A DNA stretch of 58,946 bases, filler included. It is 5 parts of 5 records of this genome, joined end to end, with 100 filler letters (N's around TTAATTAATTAA, not from the genome) between each part and the next. Parts side by side here need not be neighbours in the genome. Positions count along the whole stretch, not along the records: positions 1 to 13,077 come from SRR31156797_9823; positions 13,178 to 25,017 come from SRR31156797_9826; 3 more parts are not named here. One strand, given 5' to 3'. This document shows, piece by piece, positions 6,118 to 16,209 of the stretch (position 1 is its first letter; each line of letters opens with the position of its first letter). The notes beneath the pieces are model-generated. The model searched no databases. It saw only the letters and a program-made list of their open reading frames with translations, and had not been told where the DNA came from. A program made the position numbers and the translations under genes.

Positions 6118-8799
6118 ATGATTGAAAGAATAAATTCCATAAAAAATCTGGCAGTATTTAAAGATTTCGATTGGGGAACTGCAGTAGTTGATCCAAATAA
6201 TACAACGCTTGATTTAAAAAAGATCAATATTATTTATGGACGTAATTACTCAGGTAAAACAACGCTCTCAAGAATTATAAGAGCTTTAGAGACAGGTGTG
6301 ATTTCAGATAAATATGAAAATCCTGAACTGAGTGTCAAAATAAAAGATTCTGCTGATGTAACTCATGCTAACTTTCTCGGTCATGATAAAATTATTCGTG
6401 TTTTTAATGATGATTTTATTAAGGATAATTTAAAGTTTATCATTAACCCAGATGACAGCATTCAACCATTTGCAATTTTAGGTGGAGATAATAATGTCAT
6501 AGAACAGAAAATTAGGGAGTTAAATGAAATTCTTGGTTCGAGCAAGGAAGGTCAAGAAACAAAACTTTATCAGGAACTTAAAAATCAAGATGAGCTTTCT
6601 AAAGGAGCTGGTACAACTCATAAATCAGCTAATGATACTCTAAATAATCAAATAAGAGCAAAAGCTTTAGATAGACAGTCTGGAATAAAATATCAACCTG
6701 AAAAATTCGGAAGACAAAATTACTCTCAAAAGAATTTAGTGGACGAAATTGCTATCGTTTTAAAAAATGATTTTAAACTGTTCAGAGAGGAGGAGCAAAA
6801 GTTAGCTTTGGAAGTTCTGACAGAAAGAAAGAAAAATCCGACAAAAGAATTGCCTAATCTCACCCTTAGTTTTCAGGAACATCTTGAGGGTACTAGTGAG
6901 TTATTATCTAGAAAAATTGGACGATCAGATAAGATTGAGGAGCTTGTTAAAGATGCTGTTCTTAATCGCTGGGTTAAGGATGGAAAAATTCAGCATAAAG
7001 GGAAAAGAAAAGTTTGTGCATTCTGCAATAATGAAATTTCAGATGAGAGATGGAAAGAGCTGGACAGACACTTTGATGAAGAATCCGATAAGCTTGAAAA
7101 AGATATCGTTGCTTTATTATCGAAAATGGCACGTGAAAAAGAGCTATTACAGAATGCTACGGGATTTAGGAAAGATGATTTTTATTCAGAGTTCCACGTT
7201 GATTTAGAGCTGTTGGTGGAGGAATACGCAAAATCCAAGTTAAACTATACTCAATCGCTTGAAGAGTTAGAAAAACAACTTAATAAGAGGAAAGAGGATT
7301 TGCTCAATGAAATTGAATTTCAAATGCCTAAAAATTACTCTAATGAGATTTCGGCTCTGAGAAGTCAATTTGAAGAATTACGAAAGAAATCTGATGATTA
7401 TTCAAGTAAGCTTGCTACTAAGCAAAATGAGGCAAAAGATTCATTAAGACTTAATGAAGTGTACAACTTTGTTCGGGATATTAAATATGAAGAGCAAGTA
7501 TCAAATATCGCAGCTTTAAAAGCAAAAGAAGAAGTTGAAAAGGGTAAGAAGCAAAATAAGCAAAAAGAAATTGACGATATTTTAGCTCAAGTTGATGAGA
7601 AGCAAAAGGAGCTCAAAGATGAAAGCAAAGGTGCTGAGAAAGTTAACGAATATTTAAATGACTTTTTTGGGCATGACTTTTTAACTCTAAAAGCAATAGA
7701 GTATAATGATATTGAATCAGGTGATAAAAAATATCGTTTTGAAATTTATAGAGAGGATAAAAAAGCTCACCACCTAAGTGAAGGAGAATGTAGTCTTATT
7801 GCTTTTTGCTACTTTATGGCAAAACTTCAAGATGTAGATACCAAGACGAAGAAACCTATAATTTGGATTGATGACCCTATCTCTAGTCTTGATAGCAATC
7901 ATATATTTTTCATTTACACATTAATCAATACACAAATCTTTGGTGAAGACGATTTTGAGCAACTTTTTATTTCAACCCATAACTTGGAATTTTTTAAATA
8001 TCTAAAACGATTGCCAGGAGCACATAATGATGACTCTAAAAATGAACGAAAAAAGAAGTATCGTCATTTAGTGGTGGAGAGGGTTGGAAATGAATCGACA
8101 ATTAAATTGATGCCAGATTTTTTAAAGCAATATGTCACAGAATTTAATTATTTGTTTAGCCAAATTTATAAGTGTTCTCAAATAGAAAGTGTAAACGATT
8201 CTAATTATACTGTATTCTACAATTTTGGAAATCATGCACGTAAGTTTTTAGAAATCTTCCTCTATTATAAATATCCTGATTCAACAGATGACCTAGCTAA
8301 GTTGAAGACTTTCTTTGGAGGAGAAGATGTTCCTGCTGTATTAACAAATCGAATTAATAATGAGTATTCGCATTTGAGTGGTATATTTGAGAGAGGTGGC
8401 ACTGTAGTGGAAGTACCTGAAATGAAAAGGACTGCAGAGAAGATAATAAATTGTCTGAAGCAGGATCGAAAACAATATGAGGCCTTATTAAGAAGTATTG
8501 GAGAGGGTGAAAAGGCAGATGCATTTGCCCAGCAAGCTGAAGCATACGAACTAAACAATGGTGCTAATATTATAACTGACCAACAAAAAGAGTTAATAAA
8601 AATCTGTAATGGTAATTGTATTGCATTGGATTTAAAGAAAGAATTAGGAATTAGAGATCATAAATTATTCGAAGAGAGATACTTGTTGCCAGCTATTGGT
8701 AGTGGACTTGTGAAAGGAAATGGAAGAAAAGGAAGAAAAAAGCAGTATTGTTTAACAACGGAAGGAGAAGATTTAAAAAATAGAATAACACGTTACTAA
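6118..8799 (+). CDS. rloC: RloC-like AAA_13 ABC-ATPase with zinc hook, HEPN nuclease and extra C-terminal winged helix
   Basis: Walker A GRNYSGKT, coiled coil with CAFC hook, signature LSEGE, Walker B/D-loop IWIDDPISSLD, H-loop STHN, HEPN-like RINNEYSH (8350-8373). Confidence 0.8.
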   Translation: MIERINSIKNLAVFKDFDWGTAVVDPNNTTLDLKKINIIYGRNYSGKTTLSRIIRALETGVISDKYENPELSVKIKDSADVTHANFLGHDKIIRVFNDDFIKDNLKFIINPDDSIQPFAILGGDNNVIEQKIRELNEILGSSKEGQETKLYQELKNQDELSKGAGTTHKSANDTLNNQIRAKALDRQSGIKYQPEKFGRQNYSQKNLVDEIAIVLKNDFKLFREEEQKLALEVLTERKKNPTKELPNLTLSFQEHLEGTSELLSRKIGRSDKIEELVKDAVLNRWVKDGKIQHKGKRKVCAFCNNEISDERWKELDRHFDEESDKLEKDIVALLSKMAREKELLQNATGFRKDDFYSEFHVDLELLVEEYAKSKLNYTQSLEELEKQLNKRKEDLLNEIEFQMPKNYSNEISALRSQFEELRKKSDDYSSKLATKQNEAKDSLRLNEVYNFVRDIKYEEQVSNIAALKAKEEVEKGKKQNKQKEIDDILAQVDEKQKELKDESKGAEKVNEYLNDFFGHDFLTLKAIEYNDIESGDKKYRFEIYREDKKAHHLSEGECSLIAFCYFMAKLQDVDTKTKKPIIWIDDPISSLDSNHIFFIYTLINTQIFGEDDFEQLFISTHNLEFFKYLKRLPGAHNDDSKNERKKKYRHLVVERVGNESTIKLMPDFLKQYVTEFNYLFSQIYKCSQIESVNDSNYTVFYNFGNHARKFLEIFLYYKYPDSTDDLAKLKTFFGGEDVPAVLTNRINNEYSHLSGIFERGGTVVEVPEMKRTAEKIINCLKQDRKQYEALLRSIGEGEKADAFAQQAEAYELNNGANIITDQQKELIKICNGNCIALDLKKELGIRDHKLFEERYLLPAIGSGLVKGNGRKGRKKQYCLTTEGEDLKNRITRY

Positions 8800-8850
8800 A
8801 TAAATTCTATGGTAAGAAGAATGAATTATTAAACCCAAATACAAGCTCCA

Positions 8851-11800
8851 ATGACTAACCAAGAAAAAAGCAAAACCAATAAATACTTTAATTTATCTCC
8901 TGAAACAGGTATAAAAACCCCAGTTTATTTTGAAGCTTTAAATGAAAGTTTCAGCAATGATTTAGTACACAATATTGCAATTACTGGAATATATGGAGCT
9001 GGAAAAAGTTCTGTTTTGGAATCGTTTATAAAAAACGATAACAATAACAATTACTTAAAGGTATCACTTGCTAATTTCTGCCAGTCAAACAACGTTGACG
9101 AAAATAAAATAGAAGAACACATTCTACAACAGCTTTATTATCAATTAACAGACAGTAATATTCCTCATTCCGGGTTTAAGAAAATTAGACACTTAAGTAA
9201 AAAAGAAATACAGAAGCTAATCATTTATGTGATTATTTGGTTATTCTCTATCGGCTTAATGCCCAAAACATTAAAACTACTTTATTTAAATCTACAAACA
9301 ATCTCAACCGAGGGAATCACTTCGTTTTTCCAAAAAATTATTTGGTCAGGCACTCTACTTAATCTTATAATTTTAGGTGTTTTTTGTTATGGTCTTTTTT
9401 ATTTCCTAAAAGAGTTGTTTATAATTAAACAAAAAGGATTACTAAAAAAAATAACAGTAAAATCGGCCCAAATTGATTTATCTGAAGATTCAGCACTAAA
9501 TAAACACATTGATGAGTTAATTTACTTTTTCGAAGCAACCTCAAATAATATTGTAATAATTGAAGATTTAGATCGCTTCAATAATATCTCTCTTTTTTCA
9601 AAATTAAGGGAGGTTAATTACCTGATCAATAACTCTCCTAAGGTAAACCAAGTTGTTAAATTTGTATATGCCATTAGAGATGATATTTTTACAAACAACT
9701 TAGACCGAACAAAGTTTTTTGATTTTATAATACCCATTGTTCCAATTATTAACACTACAAATTCAGGTGATAAATTACGAGAATTTCTTAAAAAAGAGAA
9801 TTCTAGTTTACCTGATACTTTTATTAATGACATTAGCCTTTACATACACGATTTACGTTTACTAAAAAACATTGTAAATGAATATTGGATTTACAACAAA
9901 GTCATTAATAAAAATAATCAAAAGAAGAAAATATCTTTATTTAGCATAGTCTTATATAAAAATCTTTTTCCTGATTTGTTTGGTAAAGAACATTCTGGAG
10001 ATGGTATTCTAATTAAAGCATTTAATGAGAAAAAAGATATTATAATTAAACAACTCACAGATTCGAAGAAAGAACAAATTAAAAAACTTGAAGAGCAAAA
10101 GAAATTAATAATTGCAGCAACAGCTAAAAATAAAATCAAATTAAGGGAAGAATATATCATTGAAATATTAAAATCACATAATAACGTCGTTGCCATCTGT
10201 AAAAATACAATTAATGGAATCATAACTAACGAAACAGATTTTAACAAACTACTCTCTTCCCCAAGCATCCAAACTCATACTAATGGAGCCTATCAAGCCA
10301 AGAGTCACGAATTAAATTTCGATGAAATTCAAAAGAAATTAGATCCAAATTTTTCTTATGAAGAACGTGTTGAATTATTAGTCAAGGATAAAAACAATAA
10401 ACAGAATAAATTAGATCATGACATCACAAGTTTAAAACTTAAAGTGTCTTCTTTAGAGTCTGAAAAACTATCAGAACTAATTAATAACTATGACTATAAT
10501 GATTGGAAAAATATCATTCTCAATAAGAAAGAAGAAAAACTATCTATAAATGAAGAACTTTTAGCATTATTACTTCGAAAGGGGTATATAGACGAAAATT
10601 ATCAATTATACATATCTCACTTTTACGAAGGTTCTTTAAATCTTAAAGATTTTGAATTCCTATTGAATGTAAAAAATAACGAAGGAGAAAATTTCGAAAT
10701 AGAAATTACTAATGTAAATGAACTCGTTTCTAGAATCACTGAAGATGAATATAAAAAGGAATCAGCATTAAATAAAGACCTGATTTCGTATTTACTTGGC
10801 AAATATGATTTAAAAAACACTAAATATTTAAGCTTACTTCTTTCTCAATTAAGCTCAAAAGGAGAAGAAGTTTTTAATGACTATATTCTACCGTTATTCA
10901 ATTCACTAGATACTCAAAAAAAATTAAATCGCTTTATCAACTTGCTAGTTGACAGGCATTATTCTTCATTGTGGGAAGCAATAGAATATGAAAACTATGA
11001 TGATGCTTCAAAAGATAAGTTTTTAAAGATATTTCTTTTTCTCACTAAAGAACGCTTTACAATTCTGAATAATGAATCTGATGGTGATTTAAAAAAATAC
11101 ATTTCAAATAAAGTAGATTTTATTGAAGTTTTTAATTCTGATAATAAACAAGATATTTTTAGACTAATAGAATCCTTAGATATAAAGTTTAGCTTTTTAA
11201 ATTACAAGAAATATGAATCAAATCAGATCTTCAGTTACATCTACGAAAACCATTATTACGAAATAAATGAGAGCATGTTGAAACTCATGCTTTCCAACGA
11301 ATACTCTATACCAGAAGAGGAATTCAATAGTTTGTTCTACTCTCAAAACTTCACTTGCCTCCATGATTCAATTTCACATGTTACAAGTGATTATATTTCT
11401 GATAATATTATTAGATATATTGAAGAAGTTTATTTGCAGCTAGAAAACCCTCAAAAAGAAAATGAATCCTCAATTCATTCTTTAATTCAGATATTAAGCA
11501 ATGGAAATGACAGTATCATACCTAAGGTTCTGCAAAAAATATCTACACAAATTAAAGACCTCGAAGAATTTTCATCAGATGAAAACATAAGCCTTTTAAT
11601 TAAGGCAAACAATGTAGATGCTAACTGGAAAAATTTAGTCTTTTATTTTATCCAAAATGAAAATCAGTTTGATGATATCATAATCAAATGGCTAAATGAA
11701 GAATCAATTTTTCAAGCAATTACAAAAAATAAATTTTATAATATAGATTTTTCTGGAATTGAAGAGAGTATATTAGATTCAATAAAAATTCAACTTATTG

Positions 11801-12483
11801 AAAGCAATGGTCTATCTATATCTGCTTATGAAAAAATAGCACTTTCTTTACCTTACATATATCCTGAAATTTCATTTTCAGATATTACTTCAGAAAAAAT
11901 AGATGTGCTTGTAAGTAACAAAAAAATTGAATTCAATCACTATCACTTTGATCAATTAACAGAACTTAACCTTAATAACCTGTTAGTAAAATTCACAATT
12001 AATAATTTAGATACTTTTATCAATAACCATTCAGATTATGAATTTAATTTAGCCTTGCACATTGGATTAATGAATTCAATCAATATTAGTTTTGCTGATA
12101 AGAAATTACTCCTGATAGTTATTTCTACTGAAAAAATTTCCGATCCTTCTTTAGCCACATTATTTGGTAACATGTTATTTAAGTCAAGAAAACCTCTTGT
12201 TAATGATAATAAACTTGTTACAATTATTCAAAAATCGAATGATATAGAACTAAAATTGAAGCTCTTCAATAAATTCTTTACCAGGTTCGATTTTGAAGCC
12301 ATAGATAATATTCTTGATAGTTTAGGAGGTGTTTATAGAAATGCCAATAAATTACGTAGAAGACCAGTATGGAAAAAAACTAAATTAAATCTTTCTATAG
12401 CTCATAAATTAAAAAATGCTAAATACTTTAAATCAGTTGAAGAAAGCAAAGATGATATTAATATAGTCGTTAGATATAACTAA
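8851..12483 (+). CDS. YobI-like/KAP-family P-loop NTPase with two TM helices and a long helical C-terminus
   Basis: NIAITGIYGAGKSS, two TM segments inserted after Walker A, Walker B IIEDLDRF, RTKFFDFIIPIVP, DLRLLKNIVNEY. Confidence 0.8.
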   Translation: MTNQEKSKTNKYFNLSPETGIKTPVYFEALNESFSNDLVHNIAITGIYGAGKSSVLESFIKNDNNNNYLKVSLANFCQSNNVDENKIEEHILQQLYYQLTDSNIPHSGFKKIRHLSKKEIQKLIIYVIIWLFSIGLMPKTLKLLYLNLQTISTEGITSFFQKIIWSGTLLNLIILGVFCYGLFYFLKELFIIKQKGLLKKITVKSAQIDLSEDSALNKHIDELIYFFEATSNNIVIIEDLDRFNNISLFSKLREVNYLINNSPKVNQVVKFVYAIRDDIFTNNLDRTKFFDFIIPIVPIINTTNSGDKLREFLKKENSSLPDTFINDISLYIHDLRLLKNIVNEYWIYNKVINKNNQKKKISLFSIVLYKNLFPDLFGKEHSGDGILIKAFNEKKDIIIKQLTDSKKEQIKKLEEQKKLIIAATAKNKIKLREEYIIEILKSHNNVVAICKNTINGIITNETDFNKLLSSPSIQTHTNGAYQAKSHELNFDEIQKKLDPNFSYEERVELLVKDKNNKQNKLDHDITSLKLKVSSLESEKLSELINNYDYNDWKNIILNKKEEKLSINEELLALLLRKGYIDENYQLYISHFYEGSLNLKDFEFLLNVKNNEGENFEIEITNVNELVSRITEDEYKKESALNKDLISYLLGKYDLKNTKYLSLLLSQLSSKGEEVFNDYILPLFNSLDTQKKLNRFINLLVDRHYSSLWEAIEYENYDDASKDKFLKIFLFLTKERFTILNNESDGDLKKYISNKVDFIEVFNSDNKQDIFRLIESLDIKFSFLNYKKYESNQIFSYIYENHYYEINESMLKLMLSNEYSIPEEEFNSLFYSQNFTCLHDSISHVTSDYISDNIIRYIEEVYLQLENPQKENESSIHSLIQILSNGNDSIIPKVLQKISTQIKDLEEFSSDENISLLIKANNVDANWKNLVFYFIQNENQFDDIIIKWLNEESIFQAITKNKFYNIDFSGIEESILDSIKIQLIESNGLSISAYEKIALSLPYIYPEISFSDITSEKIDVLVSNKKIEFNHYHFDQLTELNLNNLLVKFTINNLDTFINNHSDYEFNLALHIGLMNSINISFADKKLLLIVISTEKISDPSLATLFGNMLFKSRKPLVNDNKLVTIIQKSNDIELKLKLFNKFFTRFDFEAIDNILDSLGGVYRNANKLRRRPVWKKTKLNLSIAHKLKNAKYFKSVEESKDDINIVVRYN

Positions 12484-12502
12484 TTATAACTGAATCAACC
12501 AA

Positions 12503-13012
12503 ATGAACAATCAAAAACAAACCTTTCTTTACAACGAATTCTGGCTCCTAAGCTTTGGAGGTGCATTTCAGCATGTTAGTGTGTATAAAAAAGGTGTTGG
12601 CGAGTTGGAGCGTAAAGAGTTTAGGTTGAGTCTAAAAAAATATATTTCAACTGATTTAATTCCCGAATATTTAAATTCGGTTACAGAAGATAATCACATT
12701 AAAAACATTGAGAGTATTATTCTTTTTTCTGAGAACTTTTCGGAGATTCTAATTAATGGAAAATTAAATATTGGAGTCAGTCAAAAGCTTTTGAATCTAG
12801 TATTAAAGTATTACTGGTGTCTCGGCAAAATTAAAATACCTCCACATTGTCCGGTTGATAGAATTATTCAGGTAAAAGGTCTTAAAACTGAGCCTGCAAG
12901 CTGGTCAAAAATTACAGATATTAATGTTTATTTAGGCATCATCAATAAATTTAGAAAAGAGGCTGAAAAGAAAAATCTGACTATTGCAGAATGGGAGTTG
13001 GAAATATTTTAG
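12503..13012 (+). CDS. Conserved hypothetical protein, possible HhH-type DNA glycosylase fold
   Basis: GVSQKLLNLVLKYYW...PPHCPVDRII motif; 19 bp after the NTPase gene. Confidence 0.6.
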   Translation: MNNQKQTFLYNEFWLLSFGGAFQHVSVYKKGVGELERKEFRLSLKKYISTDLIPEYLNSVTEDNHIKNIESIILFSENFSEILINGKLNIGVSQKLLNLVLKYYWCLGKIKIPPHCPVDRIIQVKGLKTEPASWSKITDINVYLGIINKFRKEAEKKNLTIAEWELEIF

Positions 13013-13053
13013 CGAAATGTCAATTAAATCAATTGACCTGCAAAGCAAAATGT

Positions 13054-13077
13054 CAAGTTTTTTGCGCAAAAAACTTG
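13054..13077. repeat. Perfect 24-bp palindrome at the contig end
   Basis: CAAGTTTTTTGCGCAAAAAACTTG, ending exactly at the gap. Confidence 0.8.
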
Positions 13078-13177
13078 NNNNNNNNNNNNNNNNNNNNNNN
13101 NNNNNNNNNNNNNNNNNNNNNTTAATTAATTAANNNNNNNNNNNNNNNNNNNNNNNNNNNNNNNNNNNNNNNNNNNN
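13078..13177. other. Artificial contig-joining spacer
   Basis: 44 N, TTAATTAATTAA (stops in six frames), 44 N. Confidence 0.98.
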
Positions 13178-13351
13178 TCTTTCCTGCTCCTGCTCCATCC
13201 AGTCCATGGTAGCACCACCATCGTGAACCTCACCAATTTTATGAGTAATACCAGTATAAAACAGAATACGCTCTGTTGTAGTGGTTTTACCTGCATCGAT
13301 ATGCGCCATGATACCGATATTTCTGGTGTATTTTAAATCTGTATTTCCCAT
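13178..13351 (-). CDS. fusA: Elongation factor G, 5' fragment truncated by the gap
   Basis: [25 protein letters not shown]...[10 protein letters not shown]; follows rpsG. Confidence 0.97.
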
Positions 13352-13379
13352 TTTATTATTTCCTTAAAAGATTAGATGA

Positions 13380-13856
13380 TTAGAACCTAAAGTGAGCAAA
13401 TGCTCTGTTAGCCTCAGCCATCCTGTGCATATCTTCTTTTTTCTTGAAGGCTCCACCTTCATTATTATAAGCCGCAACAATTTCAGCAGATAGTTTTTCT
13501 GCCATTGACTTACCACTTCTTTTACGAGAGAAAAGGATCAGGTTTTTCATTGCAATAGATACTTTTCTTGATGGACGAATTTCCATCGGCACCTGGAAAG
13601 TTGCACCCCCTACTCTTCTACTTTTCACCTCTACAGAAGGAGTAATATTCTCTAAACCTTTTTTCCACATTTCAAGAGCTGATTTACCCTCTTTTTCAGC
13701 TTTGTCAGCCATGCGGTCTAATGCGTCATAAAAAATACTGTAAGCAGTAGATTTTTTACCATCAAGCATCAGGTTGTTAATAAATTGAGTTACCAAAGTA
13801 TCATTAAACTTTGGATCTGGAAGCAATATTCGCTTCTTTGGTTTTCTTTTTCTCAT
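13380..13856 (-). CDS. rpsG: 30S ribosomal protein S7
   Basis: [30 protein letters not shown]. Confidence 0.99.
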   Translation of the reverse strand: MRKRKPKKRILLPDPKFNDTLVTQFINNLMLDGKKSTAYSIFYDALDRMADKAEKEGKSALEMWKKGLENITPSVEVKSRRVGGATFQVPMEIRPSRKVSIAMKNLILFSRKRSGKSMAEKLSAEIVAAYNNEGGAFKKKEDMHRMAEANRAFAHFRF

Positions 13857-13983
13857 TCTTTCTTGTTTATTAGTCTCTTATTGGCTGTCAATGTTTTCCG
13901 TGTCTTCAAAAGCTTTAAAACTTTTTACTCAACCTTTGTTTTAACTCACCAATAAACAAAACTTCAGTTAAACACTAATTAAA

Positions 13984-14358
13984 TTACTTCTTAGGACGCT
14001 TAGCTCCATATTTTGAACGACGTTGCGTACGTCCTTCTACTCCTGAGGCATCTAACGCTCCACGTACTAAGTGATAACGTACCCCTGGAAGATCTTTCAC
14101 CCTTCCTCCGCGTACTAAAACGATCGAGTGCTCTTGTAGGTTATGACCTTCTCCCGGAATATAGGCATTCACCTCTTTACCGTTAGTTAAGCGAACCCTC
14201 GCAACCTTTCTCATGGCAGAGTTCGGTTTTTTTGGTGTAGTAGTGTACACCCTCACACAAACACCTCTTCGCTGAGGACAAGCATCTAGCGCTCTAGATT
14301 TACTTTTCTCAACCAATCTGGTGCGTCCTTTACGAACTAACTGTTGAATTGTTGGCAT
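13984..14358 (-). CDS. rpsL: 30S ribosomal protein S12
   Basis: [10 protein letters not shown]...[10 protein letters not shown]...[10 protein letters not shown]; start at ATG 14358. Confidence 0.99.
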   Translation of the reverse strand: MPTIQQLVRKGRTRLVEKSKSRALDACPQRRGVCVRVYTTTPKKPNSAMRKVARVRLTNGKEVNAYIPGEGHNLQEHSIVLVRGGRVKDLPGVRYHLVRGALDASGVEGRTQRRSKYGAKRPKK

Positions 14359-14474
14359 ATAACTAAAATTGTTTAAATAAAAATTCTTAAAAATCAGCTT
14401 ATAACATATACTTTTAGCCCAATAAAACACCTTGATTTTCAGGCATTTTTCGAAATTTTAGACAAAAAGCGATG

Positions 14475-14507
14475 CAAAAGTACTAATTTTCAATGAAAAA
14501 GAACAAA
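14475..14507 (-). promoter_or_regulatory. Bacteroidota primary-sigma promoter of the str operon
   Basis: -7 TACTTTTG (14482-14475) and -33 TTTG (14507-14504), 21 nt apart. Confidence 0.7.
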
Positions 14508-14605
14508 TTAAAACAAGTTTTTTTTCGCACTTAATTACTTTTTTAACACTCGATTACAGTTCGTTAGTTACATTTCGTAACACAGCACCAATTCATTTGA
14601 ATTAC

Positions 14606-14646
14606 AAAAAACAAAACCCTCTTCCAGCATAAACTAAAAGAGGGTA
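14606..14646 (-). terminator. Intrinsic terminator of the kds/kdn cluster
   Basis: Minus strand ACCCTCTTTTAG-TTTATG-CTGGAAGAGGGT followed by TTTGTTTTTT. Confidence 0.75.
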
Positions 14647-14669
14647 TCCATATTTATATTATAAAAAAT

Positions 14670-15344
14670 CTACTCTACCGGCTCACAAACAGTCTCAATC
14701 AAATTTCTTTGATTGAGATATTGTGTATAATCTCCTGTAAATTCAATTCTTGTTTCAATCGCATCAGGTAAACTTCCTACCAAACCAATAATCAACTCAC
14801 AAACTTCTCTAACACCACCATTTCCACCTAAACTCCCTGTTCTGTAATCACAGCTTTTATTGTCAACCAAGAACTGATTAAACAATGGATTAGCCTTTCG
14901 ATTAATTTGAAAACTGGCTCCTACAGATCGAGCCAATTCAACATCTAATATATCATCAAAAAAGAAAGCAATTTCCTCTGGCTTAAGATTATTTTCTTTA
15001 CAGATACGATCTAAAGCTCTCACTTTAAATTTACACTTATAAAATGCAGCATTCATATGCTCGCGCTTAGCTAAAAACTGAGCACTTTTATTTTCTTCAC
15101 CTGTTACAATAAAGGTAGCCGGCAACTGACCATTTCTAAGCCAATAATCCAACTTGAGCATATTAACACCCATGGCATCAGGCTCAGCAAAACTACTACC
15201 TTCATTATTTACCTTAGATCCATTATTAAACACACCATCCCAATCAAAAATAAAGGCTTTAATTTTGGACAGTTTTTGTTTTAATTCATCAACAGGAGTA
15301 ATAAAAAAACCTCCAATCTCTTCAAATTGCGTTTGAATATTCAT
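14670..15344 (-). CDS. kdsC: KdsC-like HAD phosphatase (Kdo-8-P phosphatase)
   Basis: IKAFIFDWDGVF, FFFDDILD, GGNGGVREVCE; adjacent to kdsB. Confidence 0.8.
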   Translation of the reverse strand: MNIQTQFEEIGGFFITPVDELKQKLSKIKAFIFDWDGVFNNGSKVNNEGSSFAEPDAMGVNMLKLDYWLRNGQLPATFIVTGEENKSAQFLAKREHMNAAFYKCKFKVRALDRICKENNLKPEEIAFFFDDILDVELARSVGASFQINRKANPLFNQFLVDNKSCDYRTGSLGGNGGVREVCELIIGLVGSLPDAIETRIEFTGDYTQYLNQRNLIETVCEPVE

Positions 15345-16100
15345 TTACAGTTTCTTTATCAATTCATTTGCTTTTTGTAAATCTTCAGGCGTATCTATAC
15401 ACATGGTTTCATCTAACTCCGTTACTACACAAGTAACCGGAAAACCATTTTCAATCCACCTCAACTGCTCTAGAGACTCTGCTTTTTCAAGAGACGATTG
15501 TTCCAGCTTTACCACCTCATTCAATACATCTGTTCGGTAAGCATAAATTCCCAAATGACGATAAAAGGTTTGATTTTTCAACCAATCCTTCTGATCTACA
15601 TTTCTTAGAAACGGAATAGGAGATCGACTAAAATAAATACCTTCTCCTTTGTGATTTAAGACAACTTTCACCTCACTCTGGCTCAACACCTGATCTAAAT
15701 CTTTGGCTTCCTGAATTAAGGTAGCAATTTGAACATCAGAATCACTAAACACCGATTTTATATCTTCTAATTGTGCAGCTTCAAAAAAAGGTTCATCACC
15801 CTGAATATTAACAACTACATCAGACTTAACTCCGTATTTCTTTTCGATATTAACCGCTGCTTCAGCACAACGATCCGTACCGCTGGTATGATCTTCTCTG
15901 GTCATCACCGCCTTCCCACCAAAAGCCTCAACAGCATCTACAATTCGCTGATCATCTGTCGCAACAAAAACATGTTCCAAGCCCTTTTGACAATTTTCAT
16001 AAACCCATTGCACCATCGGCTTATCCCCAATCATAGCCAAAGGTTTTCCAGGCAATCTGCTCGAAGCATAACGACTTGGAATAATTCCTACTATATTCAT
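15345..16100 (-). CDS. kdsB: CMP-Kdo synthetase
   Basis: IIPSRYASSRLPGKPL, SGTDRC, NIQGDEP, LEKAESLEQLRW; ATG 16100. Confidence 0.95.
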   Translation of the reverse strand: MNIVGIIPSRYASSRLPGKPLAMIGDKPMVQWVYENCQKGLEHVFVATDDQRIVDAVEAFGGKAVMTREDHTSGTDRCAEAAVNIEKKYGVKSDVVVNIQGDEPFFEAAQLEDIKSVFSDSDVQIATLIQEAKDLDQVLSQSEVKVVLNHKGEGIYFSRSPIPFLRNVDQKDWLKNQTFYRHLGIYAYRTDVLNEVVKLEQSSLEKAESLEQLRWIENGFPVTCVVTELDETMCIDTPEDLQKANELIKKL

Positions 16101-16106
16101 ATTTAT

Positions 16107-16137
16107 AGACAAAAGACAAAAGAATAAAGACAAAAGA
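16107..16137. repeat. Heptamer tandem repeat (AGACAAA)x4
   Basis: AGACAAA AGACAAA AGAATAA AGACAAA immediately 5' of the kdsB start. Confidence 0.7.
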
Positions 16138-16209
16138 TTTTTCTCGCACTTATGTCTTTTCTATTGTCGTGATTAAAATAAAGTTTAAAGAAGCGTACTT
16201 TCTCTATAA

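Noticed and set aside
5982-6227. 81-aa minus-strand ORF
   Set aside because: Shadow of the hsdS remnant and the rloC start on the plus strand.
13984-14430. N-terminally extended S12 or a streptomycin-resistance allele
   Set aside because: The true start is MPTIQ at 14358, and PKKPNS and RVKDLPG are wild type.
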